NCBI GenBank assembly: GCA_951406725.2
Contig: OX597832.1
Coordinates: 15,810,001-15,874,000 of the forward strand
DNA length: 64,000 nucleotides
Direction: 5' to 3'
Origin: Octopus vulgaris
Taxonomy: Eukaryota
Made by a program: the position numbers and the translations under genes. Below, in pieces: positions 1 through 11,846 of the stretch. The notes beneath the pieces are model-generated. The model saw only the letters and a program-made list of their open reading frames with translations, was not told where the DNA came from and did no database searches. Every line of letters begins with the position of its first letter. Within the stretch, counting starts at the first letter, position 1.

Positions 1-21
1 TTGTATGATAAAATTAGCTGC

Positions 22-657
22 ATGACGCAATTGACTCTGCTAGAAATTTGGAAACGTTATGTTGTGCTGCATGGATTTTGCGCCAGCAGCCCCAATACGA
101 CGAAGATTTCAGAGTTTTGGGGTTTTAATCTGAGGATAGGGCATTCTGCGGACATGTACCTGGAATGATACAAATAAAACATCCAGCAACATCATACTGT
201 TTGCCTTGATCACTAGTGATTGCGACGTTATGCTTCTATTCATCTTCGCACACGGTCACAGACTCAATACGGAGGTCTACTTCAAGTGCGTGGAAGAGTT
301 CGTCCTGCCCTGTGTCAAGAGGGTGTCTGCTGAAAGACCTATGTCTGGTAACAGGATTCTACACCATGCCACTCTAACTGGAGAACAAGCCCATGACCGT
401 CAGGCTATTTCTGTAACCACATCAACACTGACATTGGGTCACACTACTCCAAAGTTTGCAACCCCCTTGATTGTTATATGGGGTGCGGATTTGAGCGAGA
501 GACCAACAAAACTCCCTGTAAAAATCAACGATGGACAGAAGACAAAGACTAAGGTCGTATTCACCAACTTAAACAAGTAGATCGTCTACAAGAACTTCTG
601 GAGTTTCGAAGTCGTTAGGAGGCTGTGGTTGAAGCCAATGGTGATTTTCTTGAGTGA
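22..657 (+). mobile_element. Decayed, internally deleted Tc1/mariner transposase, DD37D (maT-type) spacing
   Basis: N-terminus MTQLTLLEIWKR from 22. The catalytic region reads ITSDCDVMLLFIFAHGHRLNTEVYFKCVEEFVLPCVKRV, then after a frameshift YVW*QDSTPCH...CNPLDCY...ERETNKTPC...FRSR*EAVVEANGDFLE* (TGA 655-657). I count 37 residues between the QD and NPLD aspartates. Stops and frameshifts present. Confidence 0.85.
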
Positions 658-2159
658 ATTTTTCACTTTGGTATTTCAAGAAATTTTTATCTAATTGTTG
701 TTATCTATCTGTTAAAAGGAGGCGTCAGTGTTATTTTCATTTCTAACTAATTTAGATGACAGTCTATTCGCCTAAAATGCATGTGCGCGCTTGTGTGTTT
801 GTGTTTATCTGTGTGAGCGTGTGTGGATGTTTGTGTGTGTGTGCGTGGGTGGTGGGAGCCGTAGTGCTTGTTTCATTGAATCTCATTGTAGTATCAAAAC
901 CGTCCACTGTTAGAAATGCTGAAAAACTTTCACAAGTGGTGGCGACACGAAATGTACTAATGTACTTAACAGCATTTGATTTGCGGGCATTTATTTATTT
1001 ACATTAACGTCCATTTTTCATATTTATCGACATATCATGGTTTCAGAAGCAACATCCAAAATGCAATGTCTAGCGTCATGTATAATTGTCTGTAATGCTT
1101 ATTTAGATCACACTCTATATTATTGGAATTATTTCAGAGTTTTTTTTCTTTATTTTGGCCGCAAAAGCAACTGAAAATTTCAATGAGTTTTTTGTGCCTA
1201 CTGTTGTTTCCTATCAGAAAGCCGCAATCTTTCTTGGCAATGAATACCGAATATAAATTGGCGTGAAGCAGCAACGCTTTCTTTAAATATTTGCCATGGA
1301 GAAGACATTCAGTTTGATGCAATGAGAATGGTGATTTGGTACATTTTTATTAATTTGTAACTTGCAACGAGTAAGGTGCCAAGATTTTACTACTACTGCA
1401 AAACACTGTTTCATTCGTCTTGAAGTTTGTAAAATTTTTTTTTCCTTTCTTTGAGAAATGTCATACTTTTTAACTTATCAATTCTAAAATTACTGTCAGG
1501 TCACCATTTTTTGGTTTTATATTTCTATTTTCTGATGTTGCTTATCTCTGACGTGATTATATGTAAAAAAAATATATCTTCTTTGCGAACGAATCAATTT
1601 AATACGTTGTTATGGTTGAATAAATGTACGATGGAAGAAAATATGACAGGAAGATATTTCGAAACTATATTTGCTACCAGTGTTGAATTTATTACCATAG
1701 AATATATTAGGAATATTTATACGCTCTGTATTTTATTGTTATATTTCTTTCGTGTGAATACTTACACAACTGTTTACATATAACAAGTTATCTAAGGAAT
1801 TTAAAATACTACGAAATTTAAAATACTAGTTTGAAATGTTATATATCTTTAGCTGTCCCTAGGAAGACAAATATATATGTCTGCATGATTGTGAGTTCGC
1901 GCGCGCCTGTATGTGTTTGCATGTGAGTGTAACCATCAACACTGTGGCTAACGAGTTGTATATAATTTAAACGGCATGACTTCCACCTGAATTATAAAAT
2001 CTCTATATTGTCACATATTGTTTAACTGAACTTTCAGCTTATTTTTTCTGAGTATTCCTCAGCCTCACGTAATATTTGCATTGATATGGTGTATATAACC
2101 TACAGTTTCTCTTTCACTCTGGCCTATTAGCTCTGTCTGAATCATTGAGTAACTGATGC

Positions 2160-2381
2160 GTATATTATCGACCCCGAACCTCATCGACCCCAGTTCTCAG
2201 ATGGTACTTATTTTACCTGACACCGAAAGTATGAAAGGCAAAGACGTACTGGAAGCAATACCACTATTTTGACTAGGAGGCTAAAGATCCTAGCAGCTAG
2301 ACACCTTAATTACAATTACAACAAACACAACTAACAGCAACAAAAACAACAACAATAATGATGAGGATTATGATGATGATG

Positions 2382-2470
<89 letters not shown>

Positions 2471-2900
2471 GCTTTCTACTATCACAAGTAGGCCAGCAAT
2501 TCTCTGGGAAAGTACTACATACTCCACTGTTACTTAGTTGCTCGACCCCGACAGATGAATGGCACAGTAGACCATCTGAACTTAACAATCTGAACTATCT
2601 AACAATCTGAACTTAAAACGCAAAGACGAACGACAAGCTTGTAAGCATTTCGTCCGGCGTGCTAGTTATAAAAAATTCATGAGAAGAATGGTTTCAGATG
2701 TCGTGACAAGTCCAGTAATTTCGGTGGTTGGGTAGACTGATTGCACTGATACCCGTCTTCAACTGCTACTTATTTTATCGTCATAGAAAGCATGAAACGC
2801 AAAGTCGACGTTGGCGGACATTGAATTCAGAAGGCGAAGACGGACTGACGAAATTCTGCTTTGTACTAGTCCGGCATGCTAGAGTTTCTGTCTGCTCAAT
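2160..2900 (-). mobile_element. Cluster of degenerate SINE fragments (family B), interrupted by a (TAA)n tract
   Basis: Fragments such as atcgaccccagt..ggtacttattt..gaaagtatgaaaggcaaag and ttgaattcagaagg..gacgaaattc match the reverse complement of the copy at 33268. Confidence 0.55.
2383..2469. repeat. (TAA)n microsatellite
   Basis: Perfect trinucleotide run seen directly. Confidence 0.98.
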
Positions 2901-3120
2901 AATGACAACAGCAACATCAACAGAAACAAAGTATGTTTTTATAATAGACGCATTTCCTATGTATATGGTTGTAGGTTCTTAGGATCGTGAAAAAGTACGC
3001 CATTATCTAAGCATGCAAGAAAATCCCTGTTATTTCGGTAAAATTAATACTGTATACATACAAAGCCGGAAATTGAGAGGACAATTTGAACGGAATAATA
3101 AAAATGGGATGATACAATAT

Positions 3121-3296
3121 TCTTTTCTACTCTGGACACAAGGCCCGGAAAATTTTAGGTAGGGGCCAGTCCATTAGATAAACACCTTAGTACGAAACTG
3201 GTACTTCATTTATTGACCCCGAGAGGATGAATGATACACTCGACCTCAGTGAAATTTGAGCCATAGGTGCTAGCATTTCTGCCAGTTCACCGCCTT
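3121..3296 (-). mobile_element. SINE family B copy (internally deleted)
   Basis: ggtacttcatttattgaccccgagaggatgaa..cgacctcagtgaaatttgag..tttctgccagttcaccgcc is the reverse complement of the 33268 copy. Confidence 0.75.
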
Positions 3297-4247
3297 GGAA
3301 TGATACAATATTACGAGGAAAGTAACCACGTTTCCACATTTTTTTCAGTAAAACATTTTCTCAGTAAAAAGATAAAATAATTCTTAAAGTATGAAACAAC
3401 GACAACAACGGAAACGAAAAGCCGTTGAATTTCGCTATGGGGTTGAAAAATTAATTAATGAAATACAAATACCTAATCATTGTTTTGCCTTTATAATTCG
3501 AGGATCAGCAAATATGTACTATAGCAAGATACTGCAAATGAATTTATCTCTATCGCACTTCGTTGAGCAATAATCATAAATGTACGTATCATTTTCTGTG
3601 CCAGGGGTTATTTCGCTTCAAAATGTATCCTAAACGTAGCATTAGATGAAAGTCTATAAACAGCTCCTATGGTAAATAACGGCTAAGTATATCATCATGG
3701 TACAGTGTATGTGGTGTACGGCAATCGATACTGTTATTTACATTTAAAGATTAATATGAAGATAAAAACTGAAAACGAAGATATTTTGTATACTTGAAAT
3801 TATATTCGGTGGAAAATGATAAATATTTGCCGCATAAATATTTAGAGAAAAGTTAGGAATATGTTTATGAGATATTGAATTCATTTCATAATCCCGAAAT
3901 AATATACCCTGGATGGAATTGAGATACAATATCAACGACGAGTAATTTAATGACACAGTATACAAACTAGCTTTCATATTTATGAAAGTCGGGACACAAA
4001 GTATAACATGCAAATATATGAAGAAATATGTTTTAGAAACTAATATTTAAAAAACGTTGCGTGATACTTATTTTTAATAAAGAACGAACATCACAGAACA
4101 GACTGATTATACATAATACTACATTCGGCTTCCTGCTTTCCTTGGATCTGAGGTGCTACACATGATAGCAATAATATCGATTGGTCTGAATAGGATTCCT
4201 TTGGATATACATACATATATCCACATAGATACATACGTAGTACATAT

Positions 4248-4320
<73 letters not shown>

Positions 4321-4576
4321 TATATACTGACTTTATCACTTTTATCTCACATTATTTCAGACGATTTCGGCGGTCTGCCATTTTGAAGATTGACATATTT
4401 ATTCCTATATTTGTCAACCTCACATTCGTTTTGTGTCCCTTATATTTGTCACGCACGACTTTTACATGTCATCCTTATATATATATGTGATTTTACATGT
4501 ATTTATATGTATTTTTTAAAATTATTTAATATGTTTTTATATATCTCCTGTATTTTTATCTTCGTTTGGTTTATTT

Positions 4577-4680
4577 CTTATACCCTCAGAGAATCTTTAC
4601 GACTAAATGCCCCATGTTGCATTTCAAAATTCTAATGGGATATTTGTATAATTTTCAAAGCTGGAGTACCTGTGTGTAAG
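4577..4680 (+). ncRNA. Decayed hammerhead-like motif with long stem II in a TA-flanked cassette
   Basis: cttatacc-CTCAGAGA-[cccat..atggg hairpin]-tcAAAGctggaGTA-cc-tgtgtgtaag. Order and outer pairing fit a type I hammerhead, but the core is mutated. Confidence 0.3.
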
Positions 4681-5791
4681 CATGGGAGGGGAATCGAGCA
4701 TTCAGAACAATAAATGAAATAAACAAGACTATCTTGAACCGAATATTTTAATTGTGAATACAATAAAAAAAGATGTCTAGAGAGTAAATTTCCCTGAAAA
4801 TTTCAATTTATAGAAAATCTCATTCGCTTATTAAAAATTTCTTTCGGTACATTATTGTAGTTGTAATATATTTCTAATTCAAACATACTTCAAGGAAACC
4901 CGATTACGTTTAGCGTGCTAGAAATACCAACGGTCACATAGGATTATAACGTTCAAAACAGCCATAACAACAAAATACCTTTTGTGGGTTTTTTTTTGTT
5001 ATACCGCTATAATGAAAAAAAAAATTCATTTTATCAAATGTATTCATTGAACAAACTCTGGAAAGTGATATCATTTTTCAAATTGTCCCTCGTATCATAA
5101 GCCCCAATGGCATTCAGCTATTTGTCTAATAGCATTCATTCATTCAGTATGTAATTATTTTATATTACGTTTATAGACTAAACTTGGGGTTTTGAAAAAT
5201 AGCGAATTGATACTTGAAATCAAAATATTGAAATTAATATATATCAAATTATTATTAATGAAAACCGAGGTGAGAGAAAATGAGAGACATTTGCAAAAGA
5301 AAAAGGAAAATTTCTCCTGCAACGAATTAATATTCTTTATTATACATTAAAATTTGCTCCCCAGTGAACACAACGTATATTTAAAATTATGAAAAAACAT
5401 GTAGATAAAATATACAATGAATTTAAGAATTCGAAATTACAGGAAAAATTCTGGAACAAGAATATATTAAAGAAAATCCTGTCGGTTAAGCCTTTGGTTT
5501 TTGTAATCGTTACATACCTAAGTCGCTCTTGTTACATTACTAAGTCTCTCTAAAGGAGATTACGGTAGCGTTACTGGATATTAATAGTTATCACCATACT
5601 AATATGGAAGTCTATAAATATAAGACTAAAGCTGTCACTGATTAGCTCCAAGAGGCCATAGCCTCTAGCTAGCTATATGACACACGAACCTGCGACCATT
5701 ACAACCTTCGAACATATGTATATATGTATCTCTGTCTGTCTGTCTCTCTCTCTCTATATATATATATATGTATATATATATATACATATAT

Positions 5792-5848
<57 letters not shown>

Positions 5849-5852
<4 letters not shown>

Positions 5853-6180
5853 GGTCCCGGGTTGATTCGGGGTTAACCACAGTAAATAAGGTACTCAATA
5901 CATAGCAGAGTAAAATTAATTTATTATATAGAAGGAGCTTCTACAGGACTAGAACTGTTTCATTCAAGAGAAATCATCAGGAAGCTAGTTAACAAGAATT
6001 GTTTTGGCATTTATACATTTAGGCAGGTTTAAAGGGGTGGTGGTGGTGGACTTTTTGGGGGTAGGCATAGCGCAAAATATCATACTTAGGGGAGTGGTCA
6101 AGGAGTTAGTGGTTAAGTAGATAAAAGAATAAAAATAAATAGAAGAATAGAGTTTTAGGTAAATAAGGGGACTCTCACTT
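5849..6180 (-). mobile_element. Hammerhead-bearing non-autonomous cassette (Penelope pLTR-like), flanked by TA-rich microsatellites
   Basis: Near-identical inverted copy at 7294-7568; contains the hammerhead at 5936-5986. Confidence 0.7.
5936..5986 (-). ncRNA. Type I hammerhead ribozyme motif
   Basis: Reverse complement: AGCUUC-CUGAUGA-uuucucuugaau-GAAA-CAG-uucuaguc-CUG-UA-GAAGCU. 6-bp stem I, full core, stem III ACAG/CUGU, GUA cleavage triplet. Stem II is short (UUC/GAA). Confidence 0.8.
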
Positions 6181-6236
6181 ATACATATACACATATGTAT
6201 ATATATACACACACACAAATATATACATACACACAT

Positions 6237-6290
<54 letters not shown>

Positions 6291-6406
6291 ATATACACAC
6301 ACGCGCACACATACATATACATACAAATATATACATACACACACATACACATACACACATACACACACATATATACATACACACATGCACACACATGTCC
6401 ATATAT

Positions 6407-6474
<68 letters not shown>

Positions 6475-6857
6475 GTGTACCTATACATACCTACACATAC
6501 ACACATATACATACACATACAAACCCATTCCCTTATTTTAATTTTATTATTATTTTCATTTATTACTTTTGTTATCTTTGACCGCGGTCACAAGCATCTT
6601 GGCTATCGTCCCCCTGGGGACGACAGCAAGTCCATTTATCTTTCTACTCGAACACAAGCACTCACTCACGCACGCACACTCATTCGCACGCACACACACT
6701 CATTCGTACACTCATACACATACACGCACGCACGCGTTATATTCATACATACATACATTCACATATATACACATACCTATTTACACATATGTATATATAC
6801 ATACATACATACATAACTCTACATACCTACATATACATAAACACACGAGCGTACACG

Positions 6858-6894
<37 letters not shown>

Positions 6895-6908
6895 ACATAC
6901 ACATACAC

Positions 6909-6943
<35 letters not shown>

Positions 6944-7188
6944 CATATATATATACATATATATATACATATACATATACACACATACACACATATACCT
7001 ATACATACAAGCAAACATATACACACTTACACATACATATATACACACACTTACACACACACATATATATATATATATGTGTATATATGGACATGTGTGT
7101 GCATGTATATATGTGTGTGTATGTGTGTATGTGTATGTGTGTGTATGTATATATTTGTATGTATATGTATGTGTGGGCGTGTATGTAT

Positions 7189-7238
<50 letters not shown>

Positions 7239-7500
7239 GTGTGTATGTATATATGTGTGTGTGTGTGTATATATATACATATGTGTATATATATAAGTGA
7301 GAGTCCCCTTATTTACCTAAAACTCTATTCTTCTATTTATTTTTATTCTTTTATTTATTCTTTTATCTACTTTACCACTGACTCCTTGACCACTCCCCTA
7401 AGTATGATATTTTGCACTATGCCTACCCCCAAAAAGTCCCCCACCACCACCCCTTTAAACCTGCCTAAATGTATAAATGCCAAAACAATTCTTGTTAACT

Positions 7501-7551
7501 AGCTTCCTGATGATTTCTCTTGAATGAAACAGTTCTAGTCCTGTAGAAGCT
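7501..7551 (+). ncRNA. Type I hammerhead ribozyme motif
   Basis: agcttc CTGATGA tttctcttgaat GAAA cag ttctagtc ctg TA gaagct; identical to the minus-strand copy at 5936-5986. Confidence 0.8.
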
Positions 7552-7566
7552 CCTTCTATATAATAA

Positions 7567-7642
<76 letters not shown>

Positions 7643-7669
7643 ACATGTGTGTGTTTGTCTATAATACGA

Positions 7670-8400
7670 ATATCACCGTCGTATTATCGTGTGTCCTATA
7701 GTACATTTGGTTTCTTTTTTACCACTTTCGCTCCTCTGTTCGTGTTTATGCCTCTGATGTCTAGTGGAAGCGTCTGTTGCAATGTTCACCAGGGATCTGT
7801 AGTAAAGGCATTGTTTGTGGGAGATTCCATTTTCTTTCTTGTCGTTTCTCTTCCTCTTGTCTTCTGTTGTTCATTTTCAAACTGAATTGTCAAAGTCTAG
7901 ATGGAATGGTGCTAGCCGGGTCAATCCTGAGCTTCAATATCCCAGGCTTTGGTATCGATTCCAGTCGATCTTAGGCTTTGCTTCAGCTGATCATTGTATC
8001 AATGGAGTGGATGGCCACGGAATCTTCTTCTAGTGGAAATTTCACGATATAAAACTTGACACGACAACCTGGTCTCTTCCATTGTTGCTACGTGGTCTGT
8101 TCTGCTGAAGGAGCAAAACCTGTTTTCATTGCGGCTTCCGACCCCTTCTTTGATAAAATCATTCTCCCATAGTCTTTTGCCCCTTCCTACTGACACATTG
8201 AAATCCTCGAGGAGGTGGAGAAAGAGGAGAAGGAGGAGAATGAGGAAGAAGAGGAGAAATATATTACTTAAGGGGTACATTGAGTATAAGGGATCAGCTG
8301 TTGGTAGAACGTGTTCTTAACGTTGTTTGATGTTTTTCAAGTTGCCTTTCGCATCAATTGTAGGTGCGGATATACGGATGTATAGCGTAAGGGTCCTACG
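7670..8400 (-). mobile_element. RTE-clade LINE remnant: APE endonuclease fragment joined to post-RT C-terminus
   Basis: Minus strand: ISAPTIDA..KNTFYQQL..LLEDFNVSVGRGKRLWENDFIKEGVGSRNEN (APE GDFNA region), then DHVATMEETRLSCQVLYREISTRRRFRGHPLH*YNDQLKQSLRSTGIDTKAWDIEAQD (RTE C-terminal motif) and a decayed zinc-finger-like EHCNRRFH. Confidence 0.8.
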
Positions 8401-9257
8401 ATTGGAAAATACACCAGATAAGATTCTTAGTATTTTATATTTCGCGTATAAATACATAAAAATAATGGTGCATATAATATAGAAGACGAGTTATGTAAAT
8501 TATCGCGAAATGTGTAGATGGAATTTATATACAGGGAGTGACGCACACGCTTTGTCGGCTTCCATAAAAAACAATGCATGGCGTCTGGATAATTGGATAA
8601 GTTGTATTTGATACAATCTCCGTTTAAGCTTTGAAGTAATTTATGTGATTACAGTTTTCCTGAGGAGGTGCACGATACATGCATTTATATATATAAAGGG
8701 AATTGTAAGGTAACGGTATGAAGAAACGATTTGAAAAGGAACAGCACTTTTGTATGTATTAACTAAACCCACTGGAGGAGAAGAATTACAGACGTAAGTG
8801 TAAATACATGCATATTGATTCTATAAAGTTATAATTAAATTTATTAGGATTATCTAATGTGCAGTTTTGATTAAATACCTTTTAACGAAAGAGAGAATTA
8901 TATAGGGAAAATGAAGGGGAATCTTTAGTAATAACAATTTCTTTATATAATTCAATGAACTGCAATAAGGCGTTTGAAATAGCACCAACCTATGTGATTA
9001 TATGGTAATGGGAATTTTATCGTGAAATTGCTATTGCTTCGTAAACGTTTACATCCATTTGCTTTTAGGGATCTTCAATTCTGCAGTCATATCTCCGTGT
9101 ATCCATTATACTCATTAATGATAATATGTATTATCTTTTATCTTTTACCTGCTTATAACATTTAATTATAATATTATACAATCAATACGCATGTATTTAC
9201 TGAATCTACAACACTCATATTAGTTATTAATATTGTAAGCGTAAAAGTAATTTATAC

Positions 9258-9329
<72 letters not shown>

Positions 9330-9496
9330 ATATTAATTTTAATCTAGTAAACTCAATAGCAATTTTACTAGGTGGTCAGTCAGTGCAGAAATAAAACCTT
9401 AATAGCTATATTTTACAAAATATTTTTTAATTATGTATATATAATTAAAACAAGGGTTTATATAAATAGATAGATAATATAATATATATATGTACG

Positions 9497-10730
9497 CGCA
9501 CATATGGGTACAGGGTGTCATCAAAGGTACAAATAGCATACACACGATTCCCCCTTCAACCTTCACAATTTTCTATCGCGCTGTACCCTCATTCCCTTTC
9601 TTTCTCTCATTTTTTCCTTGCTCACACGTGGCCATCATCCTTCCTTCTTTTTCTTTCGTGACCATTTTTCTTTTCCTGATCAGACGTGTATACAGCTGGA
9701 AGTTTTTCTCTGCCTCATCTAACGTTTCTCTTTTCAAAAATATATATTTCCCACAGCCCACTATTCTTTTTCGTTCAGGTCTAACGACCACCCACCACTC
9801 TTTCCCTTCGTTTTCCTTGTATGTCTCCACTTTTATTTTTGTTTCCAGCTTTAACCGCCCAAAAATTCTAATTGTTATTTTAGAATTTATGGGAGCTACT
9901 GTCTTTGAAGGCACACATTGTCTTTTGAAAGGTTCGAAATGCAGAGTAGATAGACAGCCTACAATCCATGAATGCCTGTTTTTGTGTTAACGTGACCTGG
10001 TTACCATTTCTTTCTCGTTGTTTACGTATATCACTCGTTTTGTGATGTAAGTAATTCTATCTATCTCGCGTGTGTATGTTATTTGACCTGTTGGTGACAG
10101 CCTGTGCCCATATAAGCATGACATGTTGTACCCATATAAGCATGATATCCTGTACGCATATCAGTGTATTATCTCTCTCTCTCACTCTCTCTCTCTCTTC
10201 CTTCTTTCCCTTTCTCTGTATTTGCTCACACGTGTCCATTGTCCATCCTTGTCTTCCGAACGTGACCTTCTTACTTTTCCTTCTCGGATTTCTAAACTTT
10301 CCCTCTCTCTCTTCTCTCTTCTCTCTTTTCTCTTTTCAAAAAAAAATCTCCCATCGTTCACTATTCTTTCGTTCCGCTCTAATAACCACCCATGTCTCTT
10401 TTCGCTCGGTTTCCTTATATTTTTCCACTCTCCTGCATTTCGATCCCACCTTTCACCCACCATAAATCCCAAGTTATATATATTGGAATTTATGGGTACT
10501 ACCGCATTTCAAGATTAGACTATCGCATGAAAGCTTGAAATGAAGTGTAGATAGACAGCCGACAATTGATTAATGTTCCTTCTTCAGCGTTAAGTTGTTT
10601 TGCATTCCATTTTTTCTTGTTGTCTACGTATTTCAGTCGTTTTTGTACGGTAATTACTGCACACGTCTTGTATCTATCGCTCGTGTGTATGCTGTTTGAA
10701 CTGTTGATAACGTATTGTCCCCATATATGC
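9497..10730 (+). mobile_element. Tandemly duplicated ~600-bp non-autonomous element with an inverted terminal segment
   Basis: 9497-9546 is the reverse complement of 10066-10115. 9590-10115 is a diverged direct repeat of 10200-10730. Three ~23-bp tandem units (gtacccatataagcatga..) lie at the junction. Confidence 0.7.
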
Positions 10731-10748
10731 ATATACATATATTAAAGC

Positions 10749-11168
10749 ATATTTGCCACTTGAAAGTGGCTAATCCTTAAGGGTTGATGCTACTGTAGCT
10801 TGCAGTCTCAAGAGGACACCTCCTCCAGCTGGCTATTGACACACTTTATATGCCGTATCAGTATTTGCAAAGGGAACCCATCCTTCCCAGATTCAACCTG
10901 TATGATCCAAACAGACGCGTGTTTCTTGGTATTGATCCGTCATCAGCGTGTGATAATCACCGGTTGTCAATGAAAAGTAGGCCTCCCTTTACATATATAT
11001 ATACTTTTTCCAGTGAGTGACGAAATGTCACTGATTTCGAAAAAGGTGTAAACAAACAATAATAAATCTCTGAGCAAGGTATAAACAGTAGCTACACAAC
11101 CTCGTGAGTATATTTGCCACATAAATGATGCTAACCCTGAAGGGTGGATGCTACCCTAGCTTGTAGAC
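10749..11168 (-). mobile_element. Cassette with ~60-bp direct repeats (10749-10808, 11110-11168) around a hammerhead
   Basis: atatttgccac..gctaa(t/c)cct(t/g)aagggt(t/g)gatgctac..tagcttg is repeated with a period of about 361 bp. Confidence 0.6.
10908..10952 (-). ncRNA. Hammerhead ribozyme motif (partly decayed)
   Basis: Reverse complement: cacacg CUGAUGA cggaucaauaccaa GAAA cacgc GUC uguuug. Full core, palindromic ACGCGU in stem III, imperfect stems I and II. Confidence 0.6.
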
Positions 11169-11379
11169 CCATATATTGAATATAGGTTCTGTTTGTTCCT
11201 ACGGTAACATTTCAACTTGAAGGAATGCAAATATAATCCTACATCAATGTCGGAATTGCAAGCGAAATTAGTTTCTGAATATTAAATGGAAGACATATTT
11301 CATGGTGTGATACGATGTAAGCGATTTATTTATAGAATTTTAGCAAGACACGCATTAAGAACTTCGGAATTTATTCGTA

Positions 11380-11499
11380 AAACCATGAGCGTTCAGCCCC
11401 ACTCCGTTGCCACTACGGAAGGTGTTTTCTGGGATAGCTATGGTCCTACCAACGTTTTCTGAGTGGAATTTGTAGGGATGAACTTTAAAAATCCAATCA

Positions 11500-11510
<11 letters not shown>
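11380..11510 (+). mobile_element. Degenerate 5' half of SINE family A followed by (TA)n(TG)n
   Basis: accatgagcgttcagccccact..tgagtggaatttgtag resembles the copy at 48478. Confidence 0.5.
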
Positions 11511-11544
<34 letters not shown>

Positions 11545-11552
11545 TTGTGTGT

Positions 11553-11618
<66 letters not shown>

Positions 11619-11782
11619 ATGTGTGTATGTATGTATGGATGGATGGACGGATGGAAGGATGAATGAATGTATGTACGAAACTTATTCGTATCGTATTTTG
11701 TGTAATCGGGTATAACTTTAGCAAAGTTGAAGGTGTTCAAAATACTACACACAATCTTCCAGTATAAATATATAACTTTTAC

Positions 11783-11846
<64 letters not shown>

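Larger units (their letters stand above)
5919..7568. repeat. Inverted repeat, arms ~5919-6470 and ~7062-7568
   Basis: The non-microsatellite parts differ by about 4 substitutions and one 12-bp indel. The adjacent compound microsatellite, including the ggacatgtgtgtgcatg landmark, is also mirrored. The ORF track shows the same peptide tail on opposite strands. Confidence 0.95.

Noticed and set aside
5985-7502. Pair of ORFs with the same C-terminal peptide on opposite strands, and all other YI/CV/HT-repeat ORFs
   Set aside because: Explained by dinucleotide repeats and the inverted duplication; not genes.
10100-10170. CRISPR-like short direct repeats
   Set aside because: Contiguous ~23-bp tandem units with no unique spacers, eukaryotic context, no cas genes.
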